Origin: Thermoproteota archaeon
Lineage (GTDB): Archaea > Korarchaeota > Korarchaeia > B14-G2
Assembly (NCBI GenBank): GCA_037917675.1
Contig: JAVCBW010000005.1
Coordinates: 1-64,000 of the forward strand
Reading direction: 5' to 3'
DNA: 64,000 bases
A program made the translations under genes and the position numbers. Positions 9,200 to 18,405 of the stretch are shown one piece after another. The notes under the pieces were generated by a model, which saw only the letters and a list, made by a program, of their open reading frames with translations, was not told where the DNA came from and searched no databases. Every line of letters begins with the position of its first letter. Position 1 is the first letter of the stretch.

Positions 9200-10498
9200 C
9201 TACAATCTAACTAGACTTACTTTAAGCTGGCCTTCTATGACCCCTACTGTATCGAGTACAGTGGCCTTCTCGTCTGCGGCCTCGTTTATGACGTCTCTGA
9301 GCTTCTCTCTGAACTCTGAGTGGGCTGTTGCCACGACTATGACCTCAGCTCCCCTTACTGCTTCAGCCATGCTCTCAGCGAGAGCTACATCCTTCAGCTG
9401 GACCGCCTTGACATATGGGTCATAGGCCTTCACCTTGAACCCCTTTTCTATGAGAGCTCTGCAGACCTCTACTGCTGGAGAGAATGCTGTCTCAGCCACG
9501 TCTCCACGGTACGCGAGCCCTAGGACCGCTATCTGAGCTCTGCTTGAAGCCAGGGATGCAGCCATATCAGCTACGAGCTTGGGCATCATCTCATTGACCT
9601 CCCTAGCTGCCTTGGTGAGCTTGAGGCTGAAGCCTAGGCTTTCAGAGTCTCTGATGACGAAGTATGGGTCTTGTGGCAGGCAGTTGCCACCGACGCCTGG
9701 CCCAGGGCTCAGGAAGCTGACTGATGGAACTATGCTAGCTAGCTTGAAGACCTCCCTGGCATCTAGCCCTTTAAGCATGCAGTAGACTGCAAGCTCATTT
9801 GCTATGGCTATGTTTATGTCTCTGAAGACGTTCCCTAGGATCTTAGAGGCCTCTGCTGCAGCTATGCTAGATGCCCTATAGACCTTGACCTGGAACACCT
9901 CCTTGAAGAGGAGCTCAGCTGCCTCAGCTGCCTCTTCAGTGTAGCCGCCTACTACTCGAGGATAGGTGTAGAGGTCTCTGAGGACTCTCCCAGCTTTCCC
10001 ATGAATTGGGACATAGGCCATCAGGTAGTCTACGCCATGAGAGAGGCCTTCAGACTCTATGGCTGGCATCGCCACCGACTCTGTGACCCCTGGCGCCACA
10101 TTGCTCTCTAGGACTGCTAGCATAGGCCTTGAAGCCAGCTTGGCAGCCTCCCTGAAGGAGCTGCTTATCCCGCTGTAGTCTGGGCTCCCCTTTGAGCTGA
10201 GGCCTGTTGGGACTACATTGACTACTATGCTACACCCCTTGAGCACACTGTAGTCTGTTGATACCTCTAGCCTGCCAGCTACCTCGCTGAGAGCCTCCTC
10301 CAGCCCAGGCTCAGGGAAGGGGCTTCTGCCTCTGCTCACAGCCTCTATGACAGCTGGGTTGGTGTCTACTCCATGGACTTGAAAGCCTGCTTTAGCGAAG
10401 GCTACTGCAGTCGGGAGCCCCATCTTACCTAAAGCTATCACACCTACTTCAGCTGTCCTCTCTCTTATCTGCTCAGCTAGCTCTCTGAGCAGCGTCAT
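9200..10498 (-). CDS. Nucleotide-sugar dehydrogenase (UDP-ManNAc/GlcNAc dehydrogenase, WecC-like)
   Basis: Rossmann N-terminus, AEASKILGNVFRDINIA, PGPGVGGNCLPQDP, LGLAYRGD. Confidence 0.88.
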   Translation of the reverse strand: MTLLRELAEQIRERTAEVGVIALGKMGLPTAVAFAKAGFQVHGVDTNPAVIEAVSRGRSPFPEPGLEEALSEVAGRLEVSTDYSVLKGCSIVVNVVPTGLSSKGSPDYSGISSSFREAAKLASRPMLAVLESNVAPGVTESVAMPAIESEGLSHGVDYLMAYVPIHGKAGRVLRDLYTYPRVVGGYTEEAAEAAELLFKEVFQVKVYRASSIAAAEASKILGNVFRDINIAIANELAVYCMLKGLDAREVFKLASIVPSVSFLSPGPGVGGNCLPQDPYFVIRDSESLGFSLKLTKAAREVNEMMPKLVADMAASLASSRAQIAVLGLAYRGDVAETAFSPAVEVCRALIEKGFKVKAYDPYVKAVQLKDVALAESMAEAVRGAEVIVVATAHSEFREKLRDVINEAADEKATVLDTVGVIEGQLKVSLVRL

Positions 10499-10856
10499 GC
10501 TTCCGCCCTAGGAGGAGCTTCGCCAGCTTTAGCAGGTGCTCTGTTTCGTGCATGGCTCCCTCCACTATAAGAGCCCAGCTCCTTGTCAGGGCCTTCAGGC
10601 TAGCCTCCCCTAGGAGGAGGCGAGCTAGCGTATCTGCATCAGCTATGTAGTAGACGTCTGGAGCAGGGTACTCCCCCTCCTTTAGCTCTATGTCGCCGTC
10701 TGCATAGAGGACTAGATAGAGGCTTTCACCTCCAGTCTTGAACTGGAGGACCTTCCCAGGGTAGTGGCTGCATGCCTTCGCTATGAGCTCCCTGGCCTCT
10801 CTGCTCTCCTTAGCTCTCCTCACAAGCTCACTGAGAACCTCTCTGAGAGACTTCAA
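10473..10856 (-). CDS. SCP2 (sterol carrier)-like lipid-binding protein
   Basis: LQFKTGGESLYLV..DGDIELKEGEYPAPDVYYIADADTLARLLLGE...LIVEG pattern. Confidence 0.65.
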   Translation of the reverse strand: MKSLREVLSELVRRAKESREARELIAKACSHYPGKVLQFKTGGESLYLVLYADGDIELKEGEYPAPDVYYIADADTLARLLLGEASLKALTRSWALIVEGAMHETEHLLKLAKLLLGRKHDAAQRAS

Positions 10857-11115
10857 CTAGACCAGCCTCATGCTCCACCTTCCTAACCCACTCCATTATA
10901 GCTGTCTTAGCAGCTTCATTGACGCTCCTATAGGATATGCTGCCATACTTCGCTCTGACTGCGTTAAGGAACCTCTGATACTCAGTGTGGTCGAACAGCA
11001 CGACTACGCGGCCCATCCTAGTCCTGACCAGCGCCTCTCCTAGGAGGCTCTCTCTCAGGAATGGGCTTGTGATGTCTTCTCTCCTGAGGCGAGGGTAGCC
11101 TAGGTACTCAGCCAT
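10828..11115 (-). CDS. Small hypothetical protein with a C-terminal ribbon-helix-helix-like segment
   Basis: ATG at 11115 after GAGGTGA; GRVVVLFDHTEYQRFLNAVRAKYG...SVNEAAKTAIMEWV. Confidence 0.6.
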   Translation of the reverse strand: MAEYLGYPRLRREDITSPFLRESLLGEALVRTRMGRVVVLFDHTEYQRFLNAVRAKYGSISYRSVNEAAKTAIMEWVRKVEHEAGLVEVSQRGSQ

Positions 11116-11350
11116 GGCTCTCACCTCTAAGCTCATGGAAGCCTGCGATATAAGGCCATGCGACGACTATCCTCTTCGCCTTCGGGCCAGCTTCTCTCCA
11201 CTCACCATACCAGAGCCTTCCTCCTCTCCCTCTGAAGAAGCTTGTGAGAACAAGCTCTGCAGCCTCTTCTGGAGTCAGCTTGGCTAGCCTAGCCTGCTCA
11301 GCTAGCCTGCTATAAACGTCATCTGGGAGGCTTATCGTCAGCTTAGGCAG
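11108..11350 (-). CDS. CopG/RHH-domain protein with a CTG start (absent from the ORF track)
   Basis: 80 aa (M)PKLTISLPDDVYSRLAEQARLAKLTPEEAAELVLTSFF... fills the operon gap exactly. SD GGAGGTGG lies just upstream of the CTG, and an in-frame stop lies shortly upstream. Confidence 0.75.
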   Translation of the reverse strand: MPKLTISLPDDVYSRLAEQARLAKLTPEEAAELVLTSFFRGRGGRLWYGEWREAGPKAKRIVVAWPYIAGFHELRGESHG

Positions 11351-11351
11351 G

Positions 11352-12059
11352 CTACCACCTCCTGCCTCTAAAGGCTAGCCTGATGTATGGGTTCCCCCAC
11401 CTCTCAGCATAGAACATGCCTTCCATCGGGAACCTAGATGGCCCAGCCATCCTAGGGTGCTTTGGTATGCCGATGTGAAGTGATCCAATAGGCTTCCAGC
11501 TTCTCGGGACACCTAGGGCCTCACATACGACCTCAGCTCTCCTAGGGTCCATTGCAGGGAAAGCCTGGTAGCCTACTCCATAGCCTAGAGCTGTAGCTGC
11601 AAGCCACATGTTCTGGAATGCCATGCCTATGACTACTGAGCCAAACAGCTCATGAGGGTATATTAGAGGTGAGTCCTGGAATACCTCTGAGCTGAAGCCT
11701 ATCACTATGGTATCTGCTTTCTCAGGATACCTGAAGAGGGTGCCATCTCGCATCCGCTTGAAGATAGATGGCCTCTTCTCCTCTGGGATATACCATAGCC
11801 TACCTTGTGCAAGCTCATAGGGGTACATTCCGAAGAGCTCTTGTGCAGCCTCCTGGCATAGGTCTGCCATGAACTCCTTGAACTCTCTGTCCTCTCTTAT
11901 GACCACGTACCTCACCATCTGCATGTTCTCTGGTGAGGGGGCATACCTGGCGGCATCAAGGATCTTCTCTATGTCCTCCTGTGGGATCTCTTCTCCAGTA
12001 AACTCCCTGATGCTTCTCCTCCTTCTTATAGCAGTGAAGACATCCATGTCTGCCACCAC
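11352..12059 (-). CDS. Nitroreductase family flavoprotein
   Basis: AIRRRRSIREF, AARYAPSPENMQ, QNMWLAATALGYG. Confidence 0.9.
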   Translation of the reverse strand: MVADMDVFTAIRRRRSIREFTGEEIPQEDIEKILDAARYAPSPENMQMVRYVVIREDREFKEFMADLCQEAAQELFGMYPYELAQGRLWYIPEEKRPSIFKRMRDGTLFRYPEKADTIVIGFSSEVFQDSPLIYPHELFGSVVIGMAFQNMWLAATALGYGVGYQAFPAMDPRRAEVVCEALGVPRSWKPIGSLHIGIPKHPRMAGPSRFPMEGMFYAERWGNPYIRLAFRGRRW

Positions 12060-12082
12060 CTAAACTAGGCTACTAAAAGTAT

Positions 12083-12880
12083 CTATGGGAGCCCGCTTGG
12101 CAGCTGAGCTCCCTCAGCTGCAGGCTTACCTGCCTCCTTAGGGAAGTATAGCTCAAGCAGCCTCTTGAAGGTGTCTATGGCCTCATCATATCGGCCTTCC
12201 TCTAGGGCTCTCTCTAGGTAACTTAGGATCTCCTCTGGTATCCTGCCCTCCAGCTTCTCCAGCATATTCCTCAGGGCTTCTTTGGCCTCCACCTCAGCTC
12301 TCTTCGCATGGATGTAGGATGGGATGTAGTCTCCGCTCTCATAGTAGCTTTCAGCTGAGCTGAGCTCCATCTTAGCTTCTGACAGCTGCCTTAGGTCAGG
12401 GAACATGCCAGCGTCCTGCATTGCCTCAGCTGCCTCCTCAGCTGCATTGACAGCCTCCCTGGCCATGTTGATCTGCCTTTCAGCTGTCTTTGGCCCTATC
12501 TTCCTGCTCAAGCGCTCCTTCAGGTATTCTCTTATGAGGCGGGCTTCAGTTGGGATCTGCTCGAGCTCCAGCTGAGAGAAGCTCTCTCCTCTCGCAGCCT
12601 TCCTCTTAAGCTCACTCAGCATATACCTTATCCTGTTGAGGCTTCGAGTAGCCTCATATGGGAGGGAGCCGAAGAACTCTCTGTAGACGCGAGCGTACTC
12701 CTCTGTTTCAGCTACCTCTCTCTCAGCTATCTCAAGATACTGCTCAGCCCACGTCTTGTGCTCTCCTTGATGCTGTGAAGCTAGCTGGGGTGTGGTAGCA
12801 GGCTCAGCTGGCTTCAGAGAGAAGGCTAGGAGAAGTGTTATAAGAGTGAGCATAGATGAGACTACCATCTGAAGCCTCAA
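12083..12880 (-). CDS. Secreted or membrane-anchored all-helical hypothetical protein
   Basis: Hydrophobic N-terminal signal followed by A/E/L-rich amphipathic helices; divergent from the MoxR operon. Confidence 0.6.
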   Translation of the reverse strand: MRLQMVVSSMLTLITLLLAFSLKPAEPATTPQLASQHQGEHKTWAEQYLEIAEREVAETEEYARVYREFFGSLPYEATRSLNRIRYMLSELKRKAARGESFSQLELEQIPTEARLIREYLKERLSRKIGPKTAERQINMAREAVNAAEEAAEAMQDAGMFPDLRQLSEAKMELSSAESYYESGDYIPSYIHAKRAEVEAKEALRNMLEKLEGRIPEEILSYLERALEEGRYDEAIDTFKRLLELYFPKEAGKPAAEGAQLPSGLP

Positions 12881-12930
12881 GCTGATCTCATATCTGAGGC
12901 TACCTGGGATAAAAGGTTTAGGGGAGCAGG

Positions 12931-13716
12931 GTGAGGAGGCTGATAGCTGCCTTTGTAGCCCTCTGCGCAGCTGTGCTTTCCTGTAGGCTCACATGGCCTG
13001 CTACAGCAGCTCCAGCCTTCATAGCGACTCTGACGCTCTACTATGCTACAGTTTCTCTCAGCCCTCCTTCAGCTGCAGCAGTCACGTCAGCTTTCTGCTT
13101 AGGGGGGCTCCTGTCAGCAGTAGGCTCTAGCCTAGGGCCTCTCGAGACGTCTATGCTGGTACCTATCTTCTCAAGCTTCTACTCTGTTCAAGCTGCCAGA
13201 TACTATCTGAGATCTGAGTGGAGGGGGGCTTCTCCAATAGGCTTTCTCCTGCTCTCACTTGGCGCCCTGACCTTAGCCTTTACGACACCTGAAAGCGATA
13301 GGAGCATGGAGGTAGCTGGGAAGTGGCTTCTACTAGCATCGAGTGAGCTGCTTGGGGTTGCAGCTGGAAGCTGGCTTGCCTCAAGGCAGCCTAGGAGGCA
13401 GCTGGCTGAAGGCACTTGGAAAGTTGGGGAGCTTAGGGAGGCTGAAGCGAAGCTTGCTTCAGGAGACTATAGGTCAGCCTTGATCGCTGCATGTGGGATA
13501 ATCGAGTGGGCTCTGAGGACTGGGATGAAGCTTCCAGATGGGCTTTTGACTGAGGACATAGCTAGGCTAGCTGAGGAGGCTGGCGTAGAGTGTAGGAGGG
13601 CTCTAGTAGCACGGGATAGAGTACTCTACCTTGGAGGTGGAGCAAGTAGGAGTGAAGCTGAGCAGGCTGTGCATGCTGCTAGAGAGCTCTTGAGGAGGGT
13701 TAGGAGATGGAGGTAG
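12931..13716 (+). CDS. Membrane protein with a C-terminal HEPN/DUF4145-like helical domain
   Basis: About 5 hydrophobic segments, then EAEAKLASGDYRSALIAACGIIEWALR...ARDRVLY...EAEQAVHAARELL. Confidence 0.55.
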   Translation: MRRLIAAFVALCAAVLSCRLTWPATAAPAFIATLTLYYATVSLSPPSAAAVTSAFCLGGLLSAVGSSLGPLETSMLVPIFSSFYSVQAARYYLRSEWRGASPIGFLLLSLGALTLAFTTPESDRSMEVAGKWLLLASSELLGVAAGSWLASRQPRRQLAEGTWKVGELREAEAKLASGDYRSALIAACGIIEWALRTGMKLPDGLLTEDIARLAEEAGVECRRALVARDRVLYLGGGASRSEAEQAVHAARELLRRVRRWR

Positions 13717-14729
13717 ATCTCTCTGAGCTAGGGAATAGGATTCTGAGAGCTGTAGAGAAGAGGATCGTAGGAATGAGAGAGATATCTGAGAAGATCCTAG
13801 TCTCACTGCTATGTAGAGGACATGTGCTGCTAGAGGGTGTTCCAGGGCTTGCTAAGACCATGCTAGCTAGGACTATAGCAGACTGCATCCAGGGAGTCGA
13901 GTTCAAGAGGATCCAGTTCACACCAGATCTGCTGCCAGCAGACATAGTTGGGAGTGAGGTGTACAATTTTGAGAAGCATAGGTTTGAAGTGAGGCTTGGG
14001 CCAGTCTTCACAAACCTGCTTCTAGCAGATGAGGTCAATAGAGCTCCACCTAAGACCCAGTCTGCGTTGCTGGAGTGTATGCAGGAGAAGCAGGTCACCA
14101 TAGGTGGGAGGACCTTTAGGCTCGAGGAGCCTTTCATGGTGATGGCTACACAAAACCCTCTTGAGATGGAGGGCGTCTACCCTCTTCCTGAAGCTCAGGT
14201 CGACAGGTTCCTCATGAAGCTGGTCTTCACATACCCAAGCTTTGAGGAGGAAGAGGAGATAGTTTCAAGGTACATGTCTGGAGCTGAAGTAGAAGTTGAG
14301 CCTGTTACAACGAAGACTGAGGTGCTGAGAGCCCAGGATGATGTAGGCAAGGTGATAGTTCCTAGGCTCGTCAGGAAGTACGCTATACTGCTGGGGAGGT
14401 CTACTAGGCCAGAGGAGAAGCATACACCTCAGTCTGTCAGGAGGTATGTCAGGTGGGGTGTCAGTCCCAGAGCTATCCTCTTCCTGGTGAGGTGTAGCAT
14501 GGCTTTAGCTGCTCTAAGAGGAAGGAGGTATGTTCTCCCAGAGGATGTCAGATACATGGTCTATGACGTCTTTAGGCATAGAGTGATACTGACACCTGAA
14601 GCTGAGCTTGAGGGAGTTAGGGTAGAGGATGTGATATCTGATGTTGTTGAGGTCACTCCAGCTCCATCTCTCTCTGAGATCAGGGAGGATGTAGCTGCAT
14701 ACTATGAGACTGGTGTGAAGCTTGAGTGA
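13707..14729 (+). CDS. MoxR family AAA+ ATPase
   Basis: GHVLLEGVPGLAKT, RIQFTPDLLPADI, LADEVNRAPPKTQSALLE, ATQNPLE, PLPEAQVDRF. Confidence 0.96.
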   Translation: MEVDLSELGNRILRAVEKRIVGMREISEKILVSLLCRGHVLLEGVPGLAKTMLARTIADCIQGVEFKRIQFTPDLLPADIVGSEVYNFEKHRFEVRLGPVFTNLLLADEVNRAPPKTQSALLECMQEKQVTIGGRTFRLEEPFMVMATQNPLEMEGVYPLPEAQVDRFLMKLVFTYPSFEEEEEIVSRYMSGAEVEVEPVTTKTEVLRAQDDVGKVIVPRLVRKYAILLGRSTRPEEKHTPQSVRRYVRWGVSPRAILFLVRCSMALAALRGRRYVLPEDVRYMVYDVFRHRVILTPEAELEGVRVEDVISDVVEVTPAPSLSEIREDVAAYYETGVKLE

Positions 14730-15609
14730 AAACGACCCCTGTAAGAGGCTTTCAGAGCTCGAGAGGAGGGTTAGGGTGAGAGTCAGGTTTGCGTTCTCAG
14801 GTGAGAGGGCAAGCAGGTATAGGGGGCTTGGAACAGAGTTCTATGGGCACAAGAAGTATGAGTATGGAGATGACAGCAGGCACATAGATTGGGCTGCGTC
14901 ACTTAGGACTGGAGCTCTGACCAAAGCTGAGCTTCAGGTCAAGACTTTCGCTCAGGAGGAGGGAGTGCCCTGCTTCATAGTGTTGGATGCAAGCAAGTCG
15001 ATGGGATATGAGCCTGGGAAGAGGAGGCTCAGCATACTGGCAGCTGCAGCAGTAGCCTACTTCGCAGCTCAGATGAGAGATAGCGTCACGCTAGCTGTGG
15101 TCTCAGAGGGAGTGAGGGTCGTCTCAGCCTCAGGGAGGAGGGGTGTGTATAGGGTCCTCAGAGAGGTCTGTAGCTGCGAGTTTGATGGAGAGGTTACAGC
15201 TGAAATGCTTCTCAGAGCAGCTAGGAGAGCTGTGAGGAGGAGGGGGCACATCTATGTGATATCAGACTTCATTCTAGGAGACTTAGAGAAGCTGCCTGCA
15301 GTCCTAGAGCATATCAGAGGGCTTGGAGGAGGCTACCTCACACTAGTACATGTGCTAGAGGAGTGGGAGGAGAGGCTCCCTTCAGTTGGGTATGTTGCTT
15401 TAGCTGACCCAGAGACAGGTGAGGTCTCTGTGGTGGATACCTCAAGCAGGTGGGCTAGTGAGAAGCTGAGGAGGGTGATCTCCTCCATAGAGAGGAGCCT
15501 AGAGGACATGAGAGCAGCGGGGTGCTCCTATATAAGGTTCCTTGGAGACAAGGACATAGAGGAGCTTATACTAGACTACCTCATGGCTAGGAGGTGGCTA
15601 TCTAGGTGA
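14722..15609 (+). CDS. DUF58 domain protein
   Basis: GLGTEFYGHKKYEYGDDSRHIDWAAS, LDASKSM, VISDF. Confidence 0.9.
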   Translation: MSENDPCKRLSELERRVRVRVRFAFSGERASRYRGLGTEFYGHKKYEYGDDSRHIDWAASLRTGALTKAELQVKTFAQEEGVPCFIVLDASKSMGYEPGKRRLSILAAAAVAYFAAQMRDSVTLAVVSEGVRVVSASGRRGVYRVLREVCSCEFDGEVTAEMLLRAARRAVRRRGHIYVISDFILGDLEKLPAVLEHIRGLGGGYLTLVHVLEEWEERLPSVGYVALADPETGEVSVVDTSSRWASEKLRRVISSIERSLEDMRAAGCSYIRFLGDKDIEELILDYLMARRWLSR

Positions 15610-16553
15610 TATTTAAGGAGCCTCTGTTTCTGTATGCTGCCCCTCTGGCTTCAGCTCTCCTGGTAGCTCTCGGGCTCTGGGGTAGGAGGAGGAGAGAAGC
15701 CTACTACTTTGCTCCAGCTAAGCTGCTCCAGACCTCAGCTAGAGGGGGAGCTGGACGTAAGCTTAGGTCAGCTCTCACACTAATTCTCCCTGCCACCCTG
15801 ATGGCTCTCGTGATGGCTGCCTTAGCTCAGCCTGTTGAGCAAAGTAGAGTCATGAGGAGAGCTGTGGTCGGTGTCCTCGTCATCGATGTGAGTGGGTCGA
15901 TGGAGTGTAGGGACATGGGAGCTGGGAGGAGCAGGATAGAAGCTGTTAAGGAGGCTGTGAGAGACCTTGTAGCTTCTCTTAGGCCTGGGATGTTCAGGAT
16001 AGGTGTCATAGCATTTAGTGGGCTCCCTTACCCTATATGCCCGCTGACATCAGACCCGCAGCAGGTGATCTCCTCTGTTGAGAAGCTCAGCACAGTCTGG
16101 TCTGGGACAAACATAGGTGACGCTCTCGATGCAGCTGCCACCTGGCTTAAGGGAGCTCAGGTTGAGGCCTGCTTCATAGTTCTGATGACAGATGGAGGCT
16201 GGAATGTTGGAGCAGACCCTCTGGTTGTAGCCTCTAGGATACATGAAGAGATGCCTAAGCTTAGAGTGTATACGATAGGGATAGGGACTACAGGAGGTAT
16301 CGTGAGGGGTAGGATGGTAGAGCCACCTGACATGATGCTCCTCTCAGCTATAGCTGAGAAGACTGGAGGAAAAGTGTACTCAGCTAACACCTATCACGAG
16401 CTCAAGACTACGCTCATAGATGAGATCCCAGCTGACATGGGAGTGTGGGACATAGAGGAGAGGAGCCTCCACCACTACTTCCTGCTGCCAGTTCCAGCTC
16501 TGCTAGCAGTCTACCTGCTCCTCATGGAGTGGAGGTTTAGAGTCCACCCCTAG
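15606..16553 (+). CDS. Membrane-anchored VWA-domain protein (BatA-like)
   Basis: N-terminal TM with ALAQP, MIDAS DVSGSM, GTNIGDAL, LMTDG, VYTIGIG, C-terminal TM. Confidence 0.9.
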   Translation: MIFKEPLFLYAAPLASALLVALGLWGRRRREAYYFAPAKLLQTSARGGAGRKLRSALTLILPATLMALVMAALAQPVEQSRVMRRAVVGVLVIDVSGSMECRDMGAGRSRIEAVKEAVRDLVASLRPGMFRIGVIAFSGLPYPICPLTSDPQQVISSVEKLSTVWSGTNIGDALDAAATWLKGAQVEACFIVLMTDGGWNVGADPLVVASRIHEEMPKLRVYTIGIGTTGGIVRGRMVEPPDMMLLSAIAEKTGGKVYSANTYHELKTTLIDEIPADMGVWDIEERSLHHYFLLPVPALLAVYLLLMEWRFRVHP

Positions 16554-16563
16554 GGGCTGAGAA

Positions 16564-16878
16564 ATGCATGTCGTGTATGTGTCAGCTCACAGCTACAGGA
16601 GAGCATTCGAGAGATGGAGGATAATAGGAGTCAGCAGGTTCCTTAGAGTGCTCAGGACCATACTGAAGCAGGGGCTTGTCATAGCAAGACATGGCCGGCA
16701 CATCTGGATAAGCCATGGTGAGAGAGGGGTTGTGCTCAGGAAGCTTGGAGAGCAGACTTGGCTTGTCGTCACAGTTGGCTGCGGCGAGCTGAAGGGCTTC
16801 AGCAAGCTCAGGGAGCCTGCTAGAAGCCCCTTCGCCAGCGTAGAGGTCAGGCTTAAGTTTAAGAGAAGGAGGACTTAG
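16564..16878 (+). CDS. Small basic hypothetical protein, DUF4258/RelE-fold-like
   Basis: VYVSAHSYRRAFER...WLVVTV resembles the HAxxRxxER...VVT pattern. Confidence 0.45.
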   Translation: MHVVYVSAHSYRRAFERWRIIGVSRFLRVLRTILKQGLVIARHGRHIWISHGERGVVLRKLGEQTWLVVTVGCGELKGFSKLREPARSPFASVEVRLKFKRRRT

Positions 16879-16883
16879 CTGGT

Positions 16884-17318
16884 GTGAGCTTGAGCAGGAG
16901 AGGGTTCAGGTTCCTTGAGCACACAAGCGACGCATACTTAGAGGCCTATGGGCCTACTCTGGGAGATGCTCTCGCTGAGGCAGCTAGAGGCATGTTTGAG
17001 GTCATGGTCGACACCAGCAGAGTTGAGGCGAATATCGAGGAGGAGGTGGAGGTTGAGGCAGAGAGCTTAGAGGATCTGCTTGTAAGCTGGCTTGAGGAGC
17101 TGCTATACAGGTTTGATGCAGAGAGGAAGGTGTACTCTGAGTTTTATGTGGAGGCCTCTGAGGAGGAGCCTTATAGGCTAAGAGCGAAGATACGCGGTGA
17201 AGAATATGACCCTGACAAGCATATGCCTAGAACAGACATCAAAGCTGTGACATATGGCATGCTGAGCATATCAAGGGAGAGGGGATGCTGGAGGCTTAGA
17301 GTGCTCTTCGACATATGA
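16884..17318 (+). CDS. Archease (RtcB cofactor)
   Basis: FRFLEHTSDA, LLVSWLEELL, DIKAVTY, C-terminal VLFDI. Confidence 0.93.
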   Translation: MSLSRRGFRFLEHTSDAYLEAYGPTLGDALAEAARGMFEVMVDTSRVEANIEEEVEVEAESLEDLLVSWLEELLYRFDAERKVYSEFYVEASEEEPYRLRAKIRGEEYDPDKHMPRTDIKAVTYGMLSISRERGCWRLRVLFDI

Positions 17319-17362
17319 TCTCTGACCTTCTGGCATAATAGCTGTTCCCGCCCCCCTAGCAG

Positions 17363-17611
17363 ATGGGAGTAAGGTTGGTGAGTAGGGCATTTAAGGCTGA
17401 TAGGATAGAGCCTGCTAGGAGCTCAGAGCCTGCTAGAGAAGAGAAGACACCTGACATAGCTACGACGCTGTCAGCTTTAGAGAGGGTATCAGAGGCTTTC
17501 AGCCTCCTCGTGAAGAGCATTGCTGCACTAGGCACGAGAGTCGATAGGGTTGAGAGGAAGGTAGACAAGCTTGTCAAGGCGCTCGGGGAGCTTCCTAGTG
17601 CTGTAAGCTAG
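17363..17611 (+). CDS. Small coiled-coil hypothetical protein
   Basis: Heptad pattern in LGTRVDRVERKVDKLVKAL; host-like codon usage. Confidence 0.55.
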   Translation: MGVRLVSRAFKADRIEPARSSEPAREEKTPDIATTLSALERVSEAFSLLVKSIAALGTRVDRVERKVDKLVKALGELPSAVS

Positions 17612-17645
17612 TAAAGCCTTTAACATTCTTTTGCAGGAGTAGAGC

Positions 17646-18404
17646 ATGCCTAGGAGGGTAGCTGTAGTAGCATCTCTGCTTGCAGTAGCATCTATAGCAG
17701 CATGGTACCTGCTAAAGCCACCTGAGCAGGTCGTCCTCTACTTTCAGCCTAAGCCTGGAGCCAGATACAGGTATAGCTTTACAGCTCAAGTCGAGATGCT
17801 GGGGGTCAGGCAGGTAACCAAGGGGTCTCTTGAGCTAGAGGCTGTCAATAGGACGCTAGAGGCATGTACACTTAGGCTCAGGCTGCTAGGTGAGACTGGA
17901 GCTAGAGAAGCTCTGCTGAGAGTCAGTGGGGAAGGCAGGGTTTTAGAGGTTCTTGGAGGGGAGGAGGAGCTTGCTAGGATCCTAGGGTCTATGGCAGGGG
18001 TAGGTGAGGAGATTAGAGTATATGGCAGGAGGCTCATAGAGGGTGAAAGCTGGAGCAGCCCATTTGAAGCTGTGATAGCTGCTGCACCAGGCTTCAACGT
18101 GAGTGTGAGAGGAGTTGTTGAAGTTAGGGTCACAGGGGTAGGCTCAGTCTCGACTCCAGCAGGTAGACTTAGGTGTGTCAGGGTGGAGGTCTATGGTAGA
18201 AACCTGAGTATGAAGTTCATCTCACCACTCGAGAAGGGGAGTGGCAGCTTCAACTTGAAGTCAGTTGCATACTATGATGTCGAGACTGGGGTTCTGGTCT
18301 CATCTGAGACTACAGCAAGCTACACTTTTATTGCAGGCGGAGGAGTAGTCAAGGCGAAGTATACACAAGCCACAAGGCTGAAGGCTATGGGGGGAGTGTG
18401 GTAG
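17646..18404 (+). CDS. Membrane-anchored beta-rich hypothetical protein
   Basis: N-terminal TM; VSTPAGRLRCVRV and YYDVETGVLV beta-strand motifs. Confidence 0.65.
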   Translation: MPRRVAVVASLLAVASIAAWYLLKPPEQVVLYFQPKPGARYRYSFTAQVEMLGVRQVTKGSLELEAVNRTLEACTLRLRLLGETGAREALLRVSGEGRVLEVLGGEEELARILGSMAGVGEEIRVYGRRLIEGESWSSPFEAVIAAAPGFNVSVRGVVEVRVTGVGSVSTPAGRLRCVRVEVYGRNLSMKFISPLEKGSGSFNLKSVAYYDVETGVLVSSETTASYTFIAGGGVVKAKYTQATRLKAMGGVW

Positions 18405-18405
18405 A

